A stretch of 64,000 bases of DNA from Nanobdellati archaeon (GTDB taxonomy: Archaea > Nanobdellota > Nanobdellia > CSSed11-243R1). Shown piece by piece: positions 19,501 to 29,260 of this stretch. A program made the position numbers and the translations under genes. How positions within the stretch are numbered: position 1 is the stretch's first letter; each line of letters starts with the position of its first letter. The DNA lies in assembly GCA_027007025.1 (NCBI GenBank), contig JALTFL010000001.1:248-64247 (forward strand), read 5' to 3'. The notes beneath the pieces were generated by a model. That model saw only the letters and a program-made list of their open reading frames with translations, made no database searches and was not told the DNA's origin.

Positions 19501-22157
19501 TAATCTGCGACAGTATCATTTTTGTCAACTGCCCCAACAGATATAACATTTCCAATACATGCCGGTGCAGATATCCCACTAGGACTACCATCATTCCCAG
19601 ATGCAGCGACAACAACTAATCCAGCATTCGTCGCATTGTTTATTGCGGAAGTCAGCGCTGAAAAGTTTCCTTCACACGACGAAACACTATCAAACAAAGT
19701 GTCGCTCCCCAAACTCATTGTTATAACCGATATGTTATACTTTGTCGCATTTGAAACACACCAGTCGATACCTGCAAGAATACTTTCAGTCGTTCCTGAA
19801 CCTGTTGCGTTCATCACTTTTACCGGAACAAACTTGGCATCTGGGGCAACACCTCTGTAAGTTGTGTCATTTGAGACAATTATCCCCGCGACATGTGTCC
19901 CATGCCCATATTCGTCCATTGGGTCTGCATCGTAACTATCATTACAATTGACACCATTACAAAAGTCATATCCACTATTGTTAAAATATGCATGCGCTAA
20001 ATTTGGATGAGTGTAATTGACACCACTATCTAAAATACATACTGTTTGATTTACACCTGTTATGTTAACTCCATGATATTGGATGTCCCATGTGTCATTT
20101 GCCCTTATCTGTGGGACACTCTCGTTAAGAGCAGCATGAAATACTCTATTTGGCACAACATCTGCAACATAAGGATTCCCCTTCAAATCATCAAGCTGTG
20201 GGGGTGTCAATTCAACTGCGACAATATTAAGAGTGGAGTATTTATGGATAACCTTAATGTTGGGAGATGTACTTAAAAATTTATCCTGAAGAGATTTGAC
20301 ATTTGATTTCATTGAATTTATACTAAATCCTTTCTGTGAATTAGTATTAGTTCCTTTTAATAAAATTATATACTGCCCATTTGGAGATACTTCAAAATTT
20401 TTAACATTATTCGTTGCAGGGATGTAGTTATTCTTATGTGTTGGATCAAGAGTTGCGTTTACATTTCCACAATAACCTCCGTTACACGAAATGTTTACTG
20501 TGTATTCAAACAATCCATTTTTTGAAACATTCTTGCTTGACAACGGGTAAATTGTGTTGACATTCAATGTTCCATTTTGAACAACCGATAGAGTGTAGTT
20601 CCCCCCTGCAGAAGAAATATCCCACACTTCAATATAATAAGTTCCATTGATAGTTGGTTTAAAATCAATTTCTGATAAGCAACCTTTGTAATCCGTCAAA
20701 CTACAGCTACCAACATCATCATTGTACTTCGCAATTGAATAATTTGGATAATACAAGATTAGATAAGTGTCTACAATCCTTCCACCAGGATTGTTTGTTT
20801 TGATTATGTATGTCTTTCCAGCAGTTGCATTGAATTTCACAAAATCTGACTCGCCATAGTAATAAAATGAATGGCTTTGCAACGTGTTGTTAGTGTAACT
20901 CCAATTAGCATCTGTGAAATAGTCGTCAGGTTCAAACGAATCAGAAGGTCCTGGCGGGATTGTATCATTGACAGACACATTAAATTGCCCACTTTTTATG
21001 TAATAATCGGAAACCTCGATGTAATATGTCCCATTCGTAGGGGCATACCATGTAACCAAAGAATTAGCATTTTGAACACCCGTAAAATATGTGTCATCAT
21101 CATATTTTAACAAACTAAAAGACGCGTTGTATAACTTGAGATAGGTATCAGTATTAGTAGTTATATTTTGTGTTTTAATGATATATTTTGTTCCAGCGAC
21201 TGCCGAAAATTTCGTGTAATTAGCTGAACCCACTTCATTAAAAGATTGGGTTATTGGCGTCCCGTCCGCTTGTAGCTGTGTAATTGTTGGCTTGTAAACC
21301 CTAATTGTATAATTGCCTCCCTTTCCATACCTGTCCCACACCGAAGCATAATATGTCCCATCTGAAGTGCAGTTCCAAACAATCCGAGAATTTAAATAAA
21401 TAGAATCATCGTCATTTTCTTTTATTACCGTCATCCCATTAGTATTATATAATGTTAGATAAGTATCTGTGCCGGGTGTTTTGTTGTATGTCTCAATTAC
21501 ATAGATATTCCCTGCTATCGCATTGAATTTAAAATAATCTTTATCGTTGGAAAAAAACGAGAATTGCTTAGAAATTTTTGTCCCATTTGTTGACAACTCA
21601 GTTGAGTTAAAATACGCATTGTCTCTCTCACTTACCGGAGAGGTTGTGTTGATTACATTTAATGTGTATGTAGCGGTAGAGTAATAACTGTACTCTAGTT
21701 TTACATAAATTGTCTCATTTGAATCACAATAAAAAATATCCTTTGGGGATTTAATTACATACTCACTTCCATTGTAATAATAGTTAAAGCTAACAAGATT
21801 TAGTGACGAGCCATATACTTGGATATATATATTTGAATCGTTTGTGGTTATGTTATATGACTCATTTTCTACACAGTTAAATTTTACCCAATCCACATCT
21901 GTTGTTGTATGAAAAGTGTGAGTTTGGATTGAACCATTAGTTGGAATCGATGACGCATATCCTGGTTCGTTATCATACTCATAATCATCAGGAGACACGG
22001 CAAGAGATGAAAATGAATTTGCCGAGATATCAGTGAAAATATGCTTAGCTATCGCTTGAGGTTTTTCTATCTGGATTTTTTGCCCCAAATCCGCATGTGC
22101 TACACCAAAAATTAAGATTAATAGTATAATCAAAACTAAACCTTTGCTTACCCCCAT
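16512..22157 (-). CDS. giant secreted S8 subtilisin-like serine protease, N-glycosylation-rich, C-terminal TM anchor
   Basis: signal peptide; catalytic triad in D-H-S order (ILDSGVNYTHPNL, HGTHVAGII, GTSMAAPHVAGA); many NxS/T sequons; C-terminal TM + RRENY. Confidence 0.85.
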   Translation of the reverse strand: MGVSKGLVLIILLILIFGVAHADLGQKIQIEKPQAIAKHIFTDISANSFSSLAVSPDDYEYDNEPGYASSIPTNGSIQTHTFHTTTDVDWVKFNCVENESYNITTNDSNIYIQVYGSSLNLVSFNYYYNGSEYVIKSPKDIFYCDSNETIYVKLEYSYYSTATYTLNVINTTSPVSERDNAYFNSTELSTNGTKISKQFSFFSNDKDYFKFNAIAGNIYVIETYNKTPGTDTYLTLYNTNGMTVIKENDDDSIYLNSRIVWNCTSDGTYYASVWDRYGKGGNYTIRVYKPTITQLQADGTPITQSFNEVGSANYTKFSAVAGTKYIIKTQNITTNTDTYLKLYNASFSLLKYDDDTYFTGVQNANSLVTWYAPTNGTYYIEVSDYYIKSGQFNVSVNDTIPPGPSDSFEPDDYFTDANWSYTNNTLQSHSFYYYGESDFVKFNATAGKTYIIKTNNPGGRIVDTYLILYYPNYSIAKYNDDVGSCSLTDYKGCLSEIDFKPTINGTYYIEVWDISSAGGNYTLSVVQNGTLNVNTIYPLSSKNVSKNGLFEYTVNISCNGGYCGNVNATLDPTHKNNYIPATNNVKNFEVSPNGQYIILLKGTNTNSQKGFSINSMKSNVKSLQDKFLSTSPNIKVIHKYSTLNIVAVELTPPQLDDLKGNPYVADVVPNRVFHAALNESVPQIRANDTWDIQYHGVNITGVNQTVCILDSGVNYTHPNLAHAYFNNSGYDFCNGVNCNDSYDADPMDEYGHGTHVAGIIVSNDTTYRGVAPDAKFVPVKVMNATGSGTTESILAGIDWCVSNATKYNISVITMSLGSDTLFDSVSSCEGNFSALTSAINNATNAGLVVVAASGNDGSPSGISAPACIGNVISVGAVDKNDTVADYSNVAPILDVLAPGTNIYSTMIYNSSPELGCYSNSDWCYLSGTSMAAPHVAGAILLMDQYNKMRMGSNLDKDAALKYLKDYGVNVTDKRKSVGSGLTFPRIDVYASVLGLKYKGIVPMDSGSPFFTTTHPQYTNTSQNPIYSSNLSCLQNMQDGDYCLVTWVINASGQMNTTWDFFVKLDSDILGDVKSATDSISIVPQNVVPDLKVYSPIDGQSLSVSGVHVNISAFCNTSLVSTVGYQLTNSTGSVLRSGNLSKVEATNYWDTTIPTVNLPSGMYNLTITAVNSLGNSTSVVVKNLTVDATYPSITINSSYPQNTTTPWLNITVSDDTNVSSVWYNLNGGSNTTLFYGSMTPVVNNTAVTLNYPGWNYFVVYANDTSGNLINHTKEFYEISQMNTTKWIAETNASAIYPNGASVWNNQTFNITLNSTSFNVTLVDVNGTNVWWDYNFAFKENDSQLNNITSNYGMTPYLTLYLDKNLIKDKICEENNCTDLLNADYAKITFSPNSSGYDGVYSCGRGIPDDFSSCVKLNACTTNNVDCYTDSSTETTVYVNRFSTLVVVNDTTPPDVIISSPEDKVYTSCFVNTNVSSSHDVETCTYSLDGASNVSLNKSNEYFISTLGPLKNGNHNITVYCVDSSGNYNSSYREFTIYDDTPPSLNGVYVSKSNSSATIHFKTDEYAKSTVYLYRKSDCSDLRESKNTDWGTTHSAYFSGLSSSYTYYYQIIAEDYQGNVYNSTCYNFTTSAGESGNENNEAGASGGNTTQQNNEVVSEVFFWQSLEPNKEIDVDVKSSAIAVDMIKLYLSNLTTNAQLTVKSSGDTPPFGIPGAPGVIYQYFTVSTNFDSEISSMHVDLRVPVSWFISNGYNPNNVTVYHYYNNSWVPEFTSYKGTSGDNYLYAIDINHLSAFAVTSVKLVEYCGNGICNQTVGENCSTCEADCGLCLSELPIYNTEGNTSNNITEVTHAGTQSNTVYIVIGVVVIVVVGFLAFQMYRRENY

Positions 22158-22226
22158 ATAAACACTTATAATATAGGCAATATATATAAATTGCGGTTAA
22201 AAAATCAAAAAAGGAGAAAAAAGAAA

Positions 22227-25100
22227 CTACTTCTTTTTAATTCCAAGTAACTCCGGTTTTAGGAACAAAATTGCCCCTCCAATAATTGCAAGGACAATGA
22301 TACCAACTATTAATGGACTCATCTCGCTGCTTGTTGGAGGTAATGAAGAACCACCATTCTCATTTATTGGAGTTGTTGGAGTTGTTGTCCCGTTTTCCGT
22401 TGGAGCTGTAGGCTCAGTTGTCGTACCCTGTGTTAACTTGTCAAGCGTGAAGTATGCCTTTCCAAGCTCGATTTTGCTCAAATAAATCGAAATGTCATTT
22501 ATACCGTCGCCGTTAATGTCAACATTCTTTGTTTCACCAACTGCAAGAGTTATGTTTGTTGGTGTTGATGCCACTTGGACTTTTGCACTATCTTGTGTCA
22601 ATTCCATCAATGTTATAGTATGGTTCTCACTCATCCAAGTAAGTATGACATTATCCCCAACAACCATTGGCGCTTCGAATGTTCCACCAGTCCACACATT
22701 ATTTGTTGGTTGTGGAGGAAGTCCACCTGTGCTGCCGCTTGAACCTGTATTTGTATTATCGTTATTAGATGTCGTCTGTTCTCCGCCGACAGCCCATGTA
22801 GAGAAATGAGTTGTGTTGCCCCACACATAATGGGCTGTGGTGTTCACCCCACCGGGTATTTTTACCCATTTTTGTATAGTATTGTTGTAATAATACAATC
22901 TCATCGTGCTTACATCTATGTTCGACGGCAAATCAGCAGGGTTGTAATATACTTTTATAATGGCATACCCGAAATTAGCAACATTTGAACCAACGAAGAA
23001 ATACAATCCTACCTCAACATCTCCAACTTTTGCAGAGGGATAGGGTTTACTATCCAGTTTAAACAATTGTAAATCTATACTCAAATTGCTGTTTGGAGTT
23101 AATTCAAGTTCAACAAATTTGTTTGTTGTGCCATTTTCAGTGGAATTTGCCACAATTGTTGTTGTGGTTGATGCATTTAAGGAACCATTGTATTCCACGG
23201 TAGTCCTGAAAGTGCTCTGGATTATGTTGCCACTATTACCAAGAACATCAGTACAATTTATATTATAATGATATTGTGTGCCATTATTTAAATTGTTTAT
23301 AACAAAATGATGAGTGGTATTCCATCCATCTAATGCAGTAGGGGTCCCAAAACTATCTGTCAACCCATAATCTATAAAGCATTTTGCATTTTCATTTGTG
23401 TTGAAATCAAATGTTGCGGAATCATTTGCTATACCAATGCCTAAATTTTGGATTAGTGGAGGTGTAGTATCAATTAACAATGGGTATTGAGTTGCGCTGC
23501 CAACATTTCCAGTTGTTCCTCCAAAATCCCTTGCAGTTATATTTAATGTATAGTTACCATTGTAATCTTCATTAATTGGAAAAGTACAGTTTATCACAGT
23601 GCCATCTGAAGTCAAATCAGTACAATAAGTATACAATGCAGTATCATTTAATGAGTACAATATTGTATCATTTAATTTAACTAATATTTTACTTATGGCT
23701 GTCCCAGTACCATTTATCTTTGCGGATACATTGAATGGTGTTTTAGTTGGAGAAATAACAGGGGATATAGTAACAATTGGGTCAACTGTATCTGCTATAG
23801 TATATCCAGAAAAATGAGACACATTAAACTTTATAGTCATATTTGGGACAGTACATGAAACATTGTTTATTGTGATATTGTACGGGGTCCCTAAAGTTGT
23901 ATTTATATTTGGTATATCACTCGTGTTGATGCCACTCATATTTAAGAAATTACTATCACTAAATGGGGTATTGTAAAACTCAATTTCCGCGCTACCATTC
24001 AAACTAGCAAACATAGAAGTATTAACAAACAAAGATGCGTTGCCAAATGCGTGCGGTACAGGAACCCTAAAGTTTATTGCATTAAATAGGTTAAATAATG
24101 CTCCCATAGTCGCGTCATCAAATAAATTTAACCCATAAAATTGGATAAACATAACTTCTTTAAATCCATCCCATAAATGAAATTCAAACTGTGTTCCATT
24201 CTCACTAACGAATGTGCCTCCAGTTCCGTTTAACTCAGCAGTAACTGACAAGTTCGCATCAGTAAAATTAGTTATATTGCATAAATTAGTGGAGAGTTTT
24301 ATATTTTCATCATCATATGTTAACCCCAATCCTTTGTATATCACAACATCAGAAAAATTAATACCTTCCCACCCATTATTGTCTTTAACAACTACAAAAA
24401 GAGGGTATGTTTGAAAGATACCACCTGTGGAATTATAATTTGTAGTGTTAAATGGAATTATAACACTCCATGTTGTGTTTGTTGGATCAATAGGGGACAT
24501 ATTATATCTAAGGGTTACATTTGGAATGCTAGATCCATTAAAATCGACATATACTTCTGAGATGTTGTTACCTGTTGGGTTAACTATAACTGTTACATTC
24601 AAATTCTGGTTGCCATTTGTTGCATATGGACATACCAAATTATCAGGGGTCGGAATTGGAGGGTTAACTATTGGAGGCATCGCATCTATTGACACATTAA
24701 CAGCGGTATCATTTATTGATGTATCATTGTCAACAACTGCTATGAAAGTGTTTCCTTCTGAATCAGGGACATTAAATAATGTATTGTTACATGAAAATAA
24801 ATTTCCGGCCGAGTTATATGCAGTACAAATTTCGACAAGTGCGCTAGAGTTACTAGCATTTATCCAATAAAATGTTACATTATTCGCAGTAGTATTAGTT
24901 GCTGCAGTGAAAACAGTTTCATTTATAGAAGTTATAACTGAATTGTTAACTGGATTTGTTATATTAACATATTGTGCTGGCAACGCAGATGCGGCACTAA
25001 CAAATATTAATGACGCTAAACCTACAATCATAATTGCCAAAAACACCTTAAGTTGTGACGATGCTTTTGAAGAATTTGGTATAAAATCGTCTAATTTCAT
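22227..25100 (-). CDS. large secreted surface glycoprotein (putative S-layer/adhesin-like), C-terminal TM anchor
   Basis: signal peptide from MKLDD start; Ig-like repeats, dense NxS/T sequons, Thr/Pro linker then TM and KKK tail. Confidence 0.6.
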   Translation of the reverse strand: MKLDDFIPNSSKASSQLKVFLAIMIVGLASLIFVSAASALPAQYVNITNPVNNSVITSINETVFTAATNTTANNVTFYWINASNSSALVEICTAYNSAGNLFSCNNTLFNVPDSEGNTFIAVVDNDTSINDTAVNVSIDAMPPIVNPPIPTPDNLVCPYATNGNQNLNVTVIVNPTGNNISEVYVDFNGSSIPNVTLRYNMSPIDPTNTTWSVIIPFNTTNYNSTGGIFQTYPLFVVVKDNNGWEGINFSDVVIYKGLGLTYDDENIKLSTNLCNITNFTDANLSVTAELNGTGGTFVSENGTQFEFHLWDGFKEVMFIQFYGLNLFDDATMGALFNLFNAINFRVPVPHAFGNASLFVNTSMFASLNGSAEIEFYNTPFSDSNFLNMSGINTSDIPNINTTLGTPYNITINNVSCTVPNMTIKFNVSHFSGYTIADTVDPIVTISPVISPTKTPFNVSAKINGTGTAISKILVKLNDTILYSLNDTALYTYCTDLTSDGTVINCTFPINEDYNGNYTLNITARDFGGTTGNVGSATQYPLLIDTTPPLIQNLGIGIANDSATFDFNTNENAKCFIDYGLTDSFGTPTALDGWNTTHHFVINNLNNGTQYHYNINCTDVLGNSGNIIQSTFRTTVEYNGSLNASTTTTIVANSTENGTTNKFVELELTPNSNLSIDLQLFKLDSKPYPSAKVGDVEVGLYFFVGSNVANFGYAIIKVYYNPADLPSNIDVSTMRLYYYNNTIQKWVKIPGGVNTTAHYVWGNTTHFSTWAVGGEQTTSNNDNTNTGSSGSTGGLPPQPTNNVWTGGTFEAPMVVGDNVILTWMSENHTITLMELTQDSAKVQVASTPTNITLAVGETKNVDINGDGINDISIYLSKIELGKAYFTLDKLTQGTTTEPTAPTENGTTTPTTPINENGGSSLPPTSSEMSPLIVGIIVLAIIGGAILFLKPELLGIKKK

Positions 25101-25170
25101 AAAATCTCCCTCCGATAAGTTACCCCTATAGAACATTTGGAGGATTCATTCTTTTAAAAAGGTATTGGTA

Positions 25171-25211
25171 AAAAATTCTCTTTGGTACAGCTTTCTCCCT
25201 TTAAGAGAAAG
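25171..25211 (-). terminator. hairpin CTTTCTCTTAAAGGGAGAAAG plus U6 downstream of proS
   Basis: minus-strand hairpin followed by UUUUUU; same CTTTCT/AGAAAG hairpin family. Confidence 0.45.
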
Positions 25212-25214
25212 ATG

Positions 25215-26714
25215 TTAATATTGACGAGCTACCCAGACAATTTCCTTTGCTGGCTTTCCGCAAACTGCGCATTTCTTGCCTTTTGCTGCCTTCCTTGAAG
25301 TTTCAACGCTCTCCTCGACGGACTTTTCGCCGTTGGCAAAAAGCTGAACTCCCCTAACCTTGATTGTTTCTTCCTTAAGCTTTTCAACGCATTTCTGTGA
25401 GTTGCAAAATGGGATTTCAACAAGATGGATTCCTGCATTTATCTCTTTCAAAATACCTTCAAAACTGTCTGCCTTCGCGCGCTTGAAGTTTTCCTCAGCC
25501 TTCGCGAACATAAGCTCGGTAATTTCCTCAAACTTCTTTTCAATGGTTTTTGAGCTCAAATCACTAATTGGAATGAATTCTTTGTTCCTGTCAAAGCGCC
25601 TTACCAAAACAACTTGGTTTTTCTCGACATCTTTAGGACCTATCTCAATCCTGATTGGAACACCCTTCATTTCCCACTCGTTGAATTTCCATCCCGGCGA
25701 ATAGTTGTCGCGCGAATCAATTTTTATCCTAAATTTTTTCAGCTTTGACTTAACGCTGTTGGCGAGCCTGAGCGCCGCTTCCTTTTCGTCGTCCTTGTAA
25801 TAAATTGGGACAATCACTATTTGTATCGGAGCTACTTTTGGCGGCAATACTAATCCGTTGTCGTCGCCGTGAATCGCCGCAAGCATCCCGAGTATTTTGC
25901 TTACACCCATTCCGAAAGAAGTCTGGTGGCAGAACTGCTTTTTGTTGTTCTTGTCAACATATGTAACGTCAAACGGCTTCGAGAAATTTAGCCCGAGATT
26001 GTGAGTCGTGCCTATCTGCGATATCCTGCCGTCAGGAAGTGGAGAATCATAAGCACATGTATATTCCGCCCCCGCGAACTTGTCCCACTCCGGGCGCTTG
26101 AAAAGCATGAAAGGTATTGCCAAATTGTCCTCGACAACTTTCTTGAAAATTGTCATGTCTTCCTTCACCTGCTTGTCTGCGTCATCGTTTGAAACCTGAG
26201 CGGTGTGAGACTCTATCCAAAAGAACTCTGCCGTCCTCAACAACGGGAAAATCGCATTTGTCCTTTCGGCGCGGAATGACGGGCGCGTTTCAAAAACCTT
26301 GAAAGGTAAGTCTTTGTAGGTTTGAATCCAATAGCTGAAGTAGGGATACATAACAGCTTCGCCTGTCGGGCGGAGAACTTTTGGTATTTCCAAATCCTTG
26401 CCGCCATGCCCCTTAGTTATCATAAAAACTTCCGGTGCGAAACCTGTCGCGTGCTCCTTCTCCTTTTCAAGAAGTGTGACCGGAATTGCGGTCGGAGTCC
26501 TGATTGGAGAATGTTCCTTTTCGATAAGCTCGCTTTCAAAAAGGCGTTCTACCTCCCTCAAAATTTTTGAGCCCCATGGGGGGTATCCATAAAATCCTCT
26601 GGAATTCTCCAGGCGCTTGTCCGCGAGCCCGCATTTCAAAACTACCTGTTCGTACCACTCGCTGAAATTTTTCTTGCCGACAGTAATTCCCTGTAACTTG
26701 TCCTTTGCCATCAA
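25215..26714 (-). CDS. proS: prolyl-tRNA synthetase (archaeal/eukaryotic type)
   Basis: class II core, anticodon-binding domain, C-terminal Zn motif CAVCGKP and terminal Tyr. Confidence 0.9.
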   Translation of the reverse strand: MMAKDKLQGITVGKKNFSEWYEQVVLKCGLADKRLENSRGFYGYPPWGSKILREVERLFESELIEKEHSPIRTPTAIPVTLLEKEKEHATGFAPEVFMITKGHGGKDLEIPKVLRPTGEAVMYPYFSYWIQTYKDLPFKVFETRPSFRAERTNAIFPLLRTAEFFWIESHTAQVSNDDADKQVKEDMTIFKKVVEDNLAIPFMLFKRPEWDKFAGAEYTCAYDSPLPDGRISQIGTTHNLGLNFSKPFDVTYVDKNNKKQFCHQTSFGMGVSKILGMLAAIHGDDNGLVLPPKVAPIQIVIVPIYYKDDEKEAALRLANSVKSKLKKFRIKIDSRDNYSPGWKFNEWEMKGVPIRIEIGPKDVEKNQVVLVRRFDRNKEFIPISDLSSKTIEKKFEEITELMFAKAEENFKRAKADSFEGILKEINAGIHLVEIPFCNSQKCVEKLKEETIKVRGVQLFANGEKSVEESVETSRKAAKGKKCAVCGKPAKEIVWVARQY

Positions 26715-26796
26715 AAAGAAAAATATATTTAATCTTATATTCTTTTCCTTACAAAAACAAAAAGCTTTTATAGAACTATCTATAGACTATATATAG

Positions 26797-27048
26797 GTGA
26801 TGATAATGGCAGAATACACAAGTATTCAAATATATCCTGAAACAAGAAAAAGTCTTGCTAAATTAAAAGAGAGTAGTAAAGAATCTTATGATGATATTAT
26901 AAGGAAATTATTAGAATTAATCCCGAAAGGCGACGAAGAAGGAGAGTATACTGAAGAATTCAGAATAGGTATCCTAAACGCAAGACTTAATCTAAAGAAA
27001 GGTAAAAAGATAAGCTTAACCAAGGCTAAAGCTAAACTAGGGGTGTGA
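26797..27048 (+). CDS. putative antitoxin (RelB-like)
   Basis: 83 aa, ATGA 4-nt overlap with downstream RelE-family gene. Confidence 0.45.
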   Translation: MMIMAEYTSIQIYPETRKSLAKLKESSKESYDDIIRKLLELIPKGDEEGEYTEEFRIGILNARLNLKKGKKISLTKAKAKLGV

Positions 27049-27317
27049 GTAAAATTTCTTGGAAAATTGAACTTTCGGAGGAAGCATTTAGGGACTTATC
27101 TAATCTTGATTTAACAATCTCTAAGCGGGTTATAGACAAGTTGGAAAAATCTGCCAAAGACCCAAAACACTTTTTCAAACGGCTAAAAGGGTGCGATGAT
27201 TACAAGCTTAAAGTTGGGGACTATAGAATATTAGCACTTTTATTACATGAAAAAAAGATAATCTTCGTAGAAAAAGTAGGACATCGACGGAATATCTACA
27301 AAGAAAAACATATTTAA
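27045..27317 (+). CDS. relE: RelE/ParE-family toxin
   Basis: 90 aa; WKIELSEEAFRDL..KRVIDKLE..DYRILA pattern typical of RelE/StbE. Confidence 0.7.
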   Translation: MSKISWKIELSEEAFRDLSNLDLTISKRVIDKLEKSAKDPKHFFKRLKGCDDYKLKVGDYRILALLLHEKKIIFVEKVGHRRNIYKEKHI

Positions 27318-27340
27318 TCTGATATATTCTTTCAAAAAAT

Positions 27341-28981
27341 ATGAAAGTGTTGATTTGCAGCGCATGGCCTTATGGGTATAACATGCCACATTTGGGGAAT
27401 TTGGTTTCATCTCTTTTGTCGGGAGATGTTTTTTCCAGGTATTACAAGCTCAAGGAATATGACACTCTTTATGTTTCGGGAACAGACATGCACGGCACCC
27501 GCGCGGAATTCGAGGCTGCGAAAAGAGGGATTGATGTGAAGTCACTTCTCGAAGAAAACCACAACAGACTGAAAGAGTTGATAGAACAATTCAACATAAA
27601 ATTTGACAATTACACCTCAACAGAGAGTCCAATTCATAAAAAGTTTATCACTGATATATACAAAAAAATGGATAAAAATGGATATATAACCACCAAAGTT
27701 GAAAAACGCCCCTACTGTAACAATTGTAAGGTTTTTCTCGCGGATGCATTCATAGAAGGTACTTGTCCAAAGTGCGGTTATGAATATGCAAAAGGGAATC
27801 AATGTGAGAAATGTGGTGCGCTTCTTGAACCGCAGGATTTAATAAACCCACACTGTAAAATTTGTGGTGGAACAAATATTATTTTCAAAGAAACGAAGCA
27901 CTGGTTCCTTGACTTAGCGAGGCTCCAGCCAGAGATAGAGAAATATGTTAATTCTCATTCAGAGTGGCAGGATAATGTGAGACATTTCACACTCAATTTA
28001 TTGAAGCAGGGATTAAAACCAAGAGCTGTAACAAGAGATTTGAAATGGGGGATTCCTGCTCCGTTCAAAGGCGCGGAGGGAAAAGTAATTTATGTTTGGG
28101 CTGAGGCGGCATTGGGCTATGTGTCGGCGACAATTGAATATTTCAAAGAAGATGAAAAATGGAAAGAATTCTGGTTCGGGAGTGATGTGAAGCAAATTTA
28201 CACTCTCGCCAAGGATAATATCCCCTTCCACACAATATTTTTCCCGGCGCAGTTAATGGCATCCCAAGAAGGATACCATCTACCTGACAGCATTTACGCA
28301 ACAGAATATTTAAACTGGGAAGGTGGGAAAAAATTCTCCAAATCAAAAAAGATTGGGATATTTATTGACGACGCGCTCAAGCTTTTGCCCGCACCCTATT
28401 GGAGATTTTACCTGCTTTATGACAGGCCGGAATCAAAGGACACTAACTTTTCATGGAAGGAACTCGAGAAAACAATTAACCAGATTTTAATCGGCGACTT
28501 TGGCAACTTTGTCAATAGGGTTTTAAAATTCTTGGAAAGGTATTACGCGCTTAAAGTGCCGAAGGCAGAGCTGACAACAGAAGACAAGGAACTGCTTGAC
28601 AAAATAGATGTGACTTCAGATGTGATTTCCGGATTTTTGGAAAAAGGCAAGATAAAGGACGCGATGGACGCAGTAGTCAATATATGTAGGGACGCAAACA
28701 CATACTTCCAGCAGAACGAGCCGTGGAAAAACGAAAACAGACGCGACAGCGTAATTTACGTCGGAGTACAACTAACCAAGGCGCTCGCGGTTTTCATGTA
28801 TCCTTTCGTTCCGTCGCTGTCGGAGAAGCTGTGGAAAATTCTGAAATTGGACGAAGAAATTAAATGGAGTTCGATTGAATCGGAAATTAAACCAGGACAT
28901 ATCATTAATGCGCCCGAGGTTCTTATTGAAAGAATAGATATAGACGAGATAAAAAAGAAGTACGAAAAGATGAAAGAGTGA
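27341..28981 (+). CDS. metG: methionyl-tRNA synthetase
   Basis: class I motifs (PHLGN variant of HIGH, KFSKS), MetRS zinc knuckles CPKCG..CEKCG..CKICG. Confidence 0.9.
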   Translation: MKVLICSAWPYGYNMPHLGNLVSSLLSGDVFSRYYKLKEYDTLYVSGTDMHGTRAEFEAAKRGIDVKSLLEENHNRLKELIEQFNIKFDNYTSTESPIHKKFITDIYKKMDKNGYITTKVEKRPYCNNCKVFLADAFIEGTCPKCGYEYAKGNQCEKCGALLEPQDLINPHCKICGGTNIIFKETKHWFLDLARLQPEIEKYVNSHSEWQDNVRHFTLNLLKQGLKPRAVTRDLKWGIPAPFKGAEGKVIYVWAEAALGYVSATIEYFKEDEKWKEFWFGSDVKQIYTLAKDNIPFHTIFFPAQLMASQEGYHLPDSIYATEYLNWEGGKKFSKSKKIGIFIDDALKLLPAPYWRFYLLYDRPESKDTNFSWKELEKTINQILIGDFGNFVNRVLKFLERYYALKVPKAELTTEDKELLDKIDVTSDVISGFLEKGKIKDAMDAVVNICRDANTYFQQNEPWKNENRRDSVIYVGVQLTKALAVFMYPFVPSLSEKLWKILKLDEEIKWSSIESEIKPGHIINAPEVLIERIDIDEIKKKYEKMKE

Positions 28982-29260
28982 CACAAGATATAGCGTGGAA
29001 CTCCAAAACGAAATGTGTTTTCTTCACTTGAAAGTTAGTTTGCTTTTTAATTTTTGTATTCTTCAAAACAACTATTACCAAATTTATACCAAAGTAAATG
29101 AGTATATATAAAGAAGTTATGCGTTTAGATAGCGGAGGTAAGAACATGGCGGCAGAAAACACAGAAGAAAACGAAATCAAATTCCAAAGACAATTCAAAC
29201 TCGGGGAGTTCCCGGAGAATTCTGAATAATTTTATAAGCATCCCTCCCTCTTTCTTTTAT

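Noticed and set aside
17077-21110. Several 60-110 aa ORFs antisense to the giant S8 protease gene
   Set aside because: They are embedded in and antisense to a long, well-supported coding region. They have low-complexity translations and no start context.
29000-29260. AT-rich intergenic region with a 27-aa ORF (MAAENTEENEIKF...)
   Set aside because: It is too short and lacks motifs. It is probably the promoter or leader region for the phosphodiesterase-like gene.
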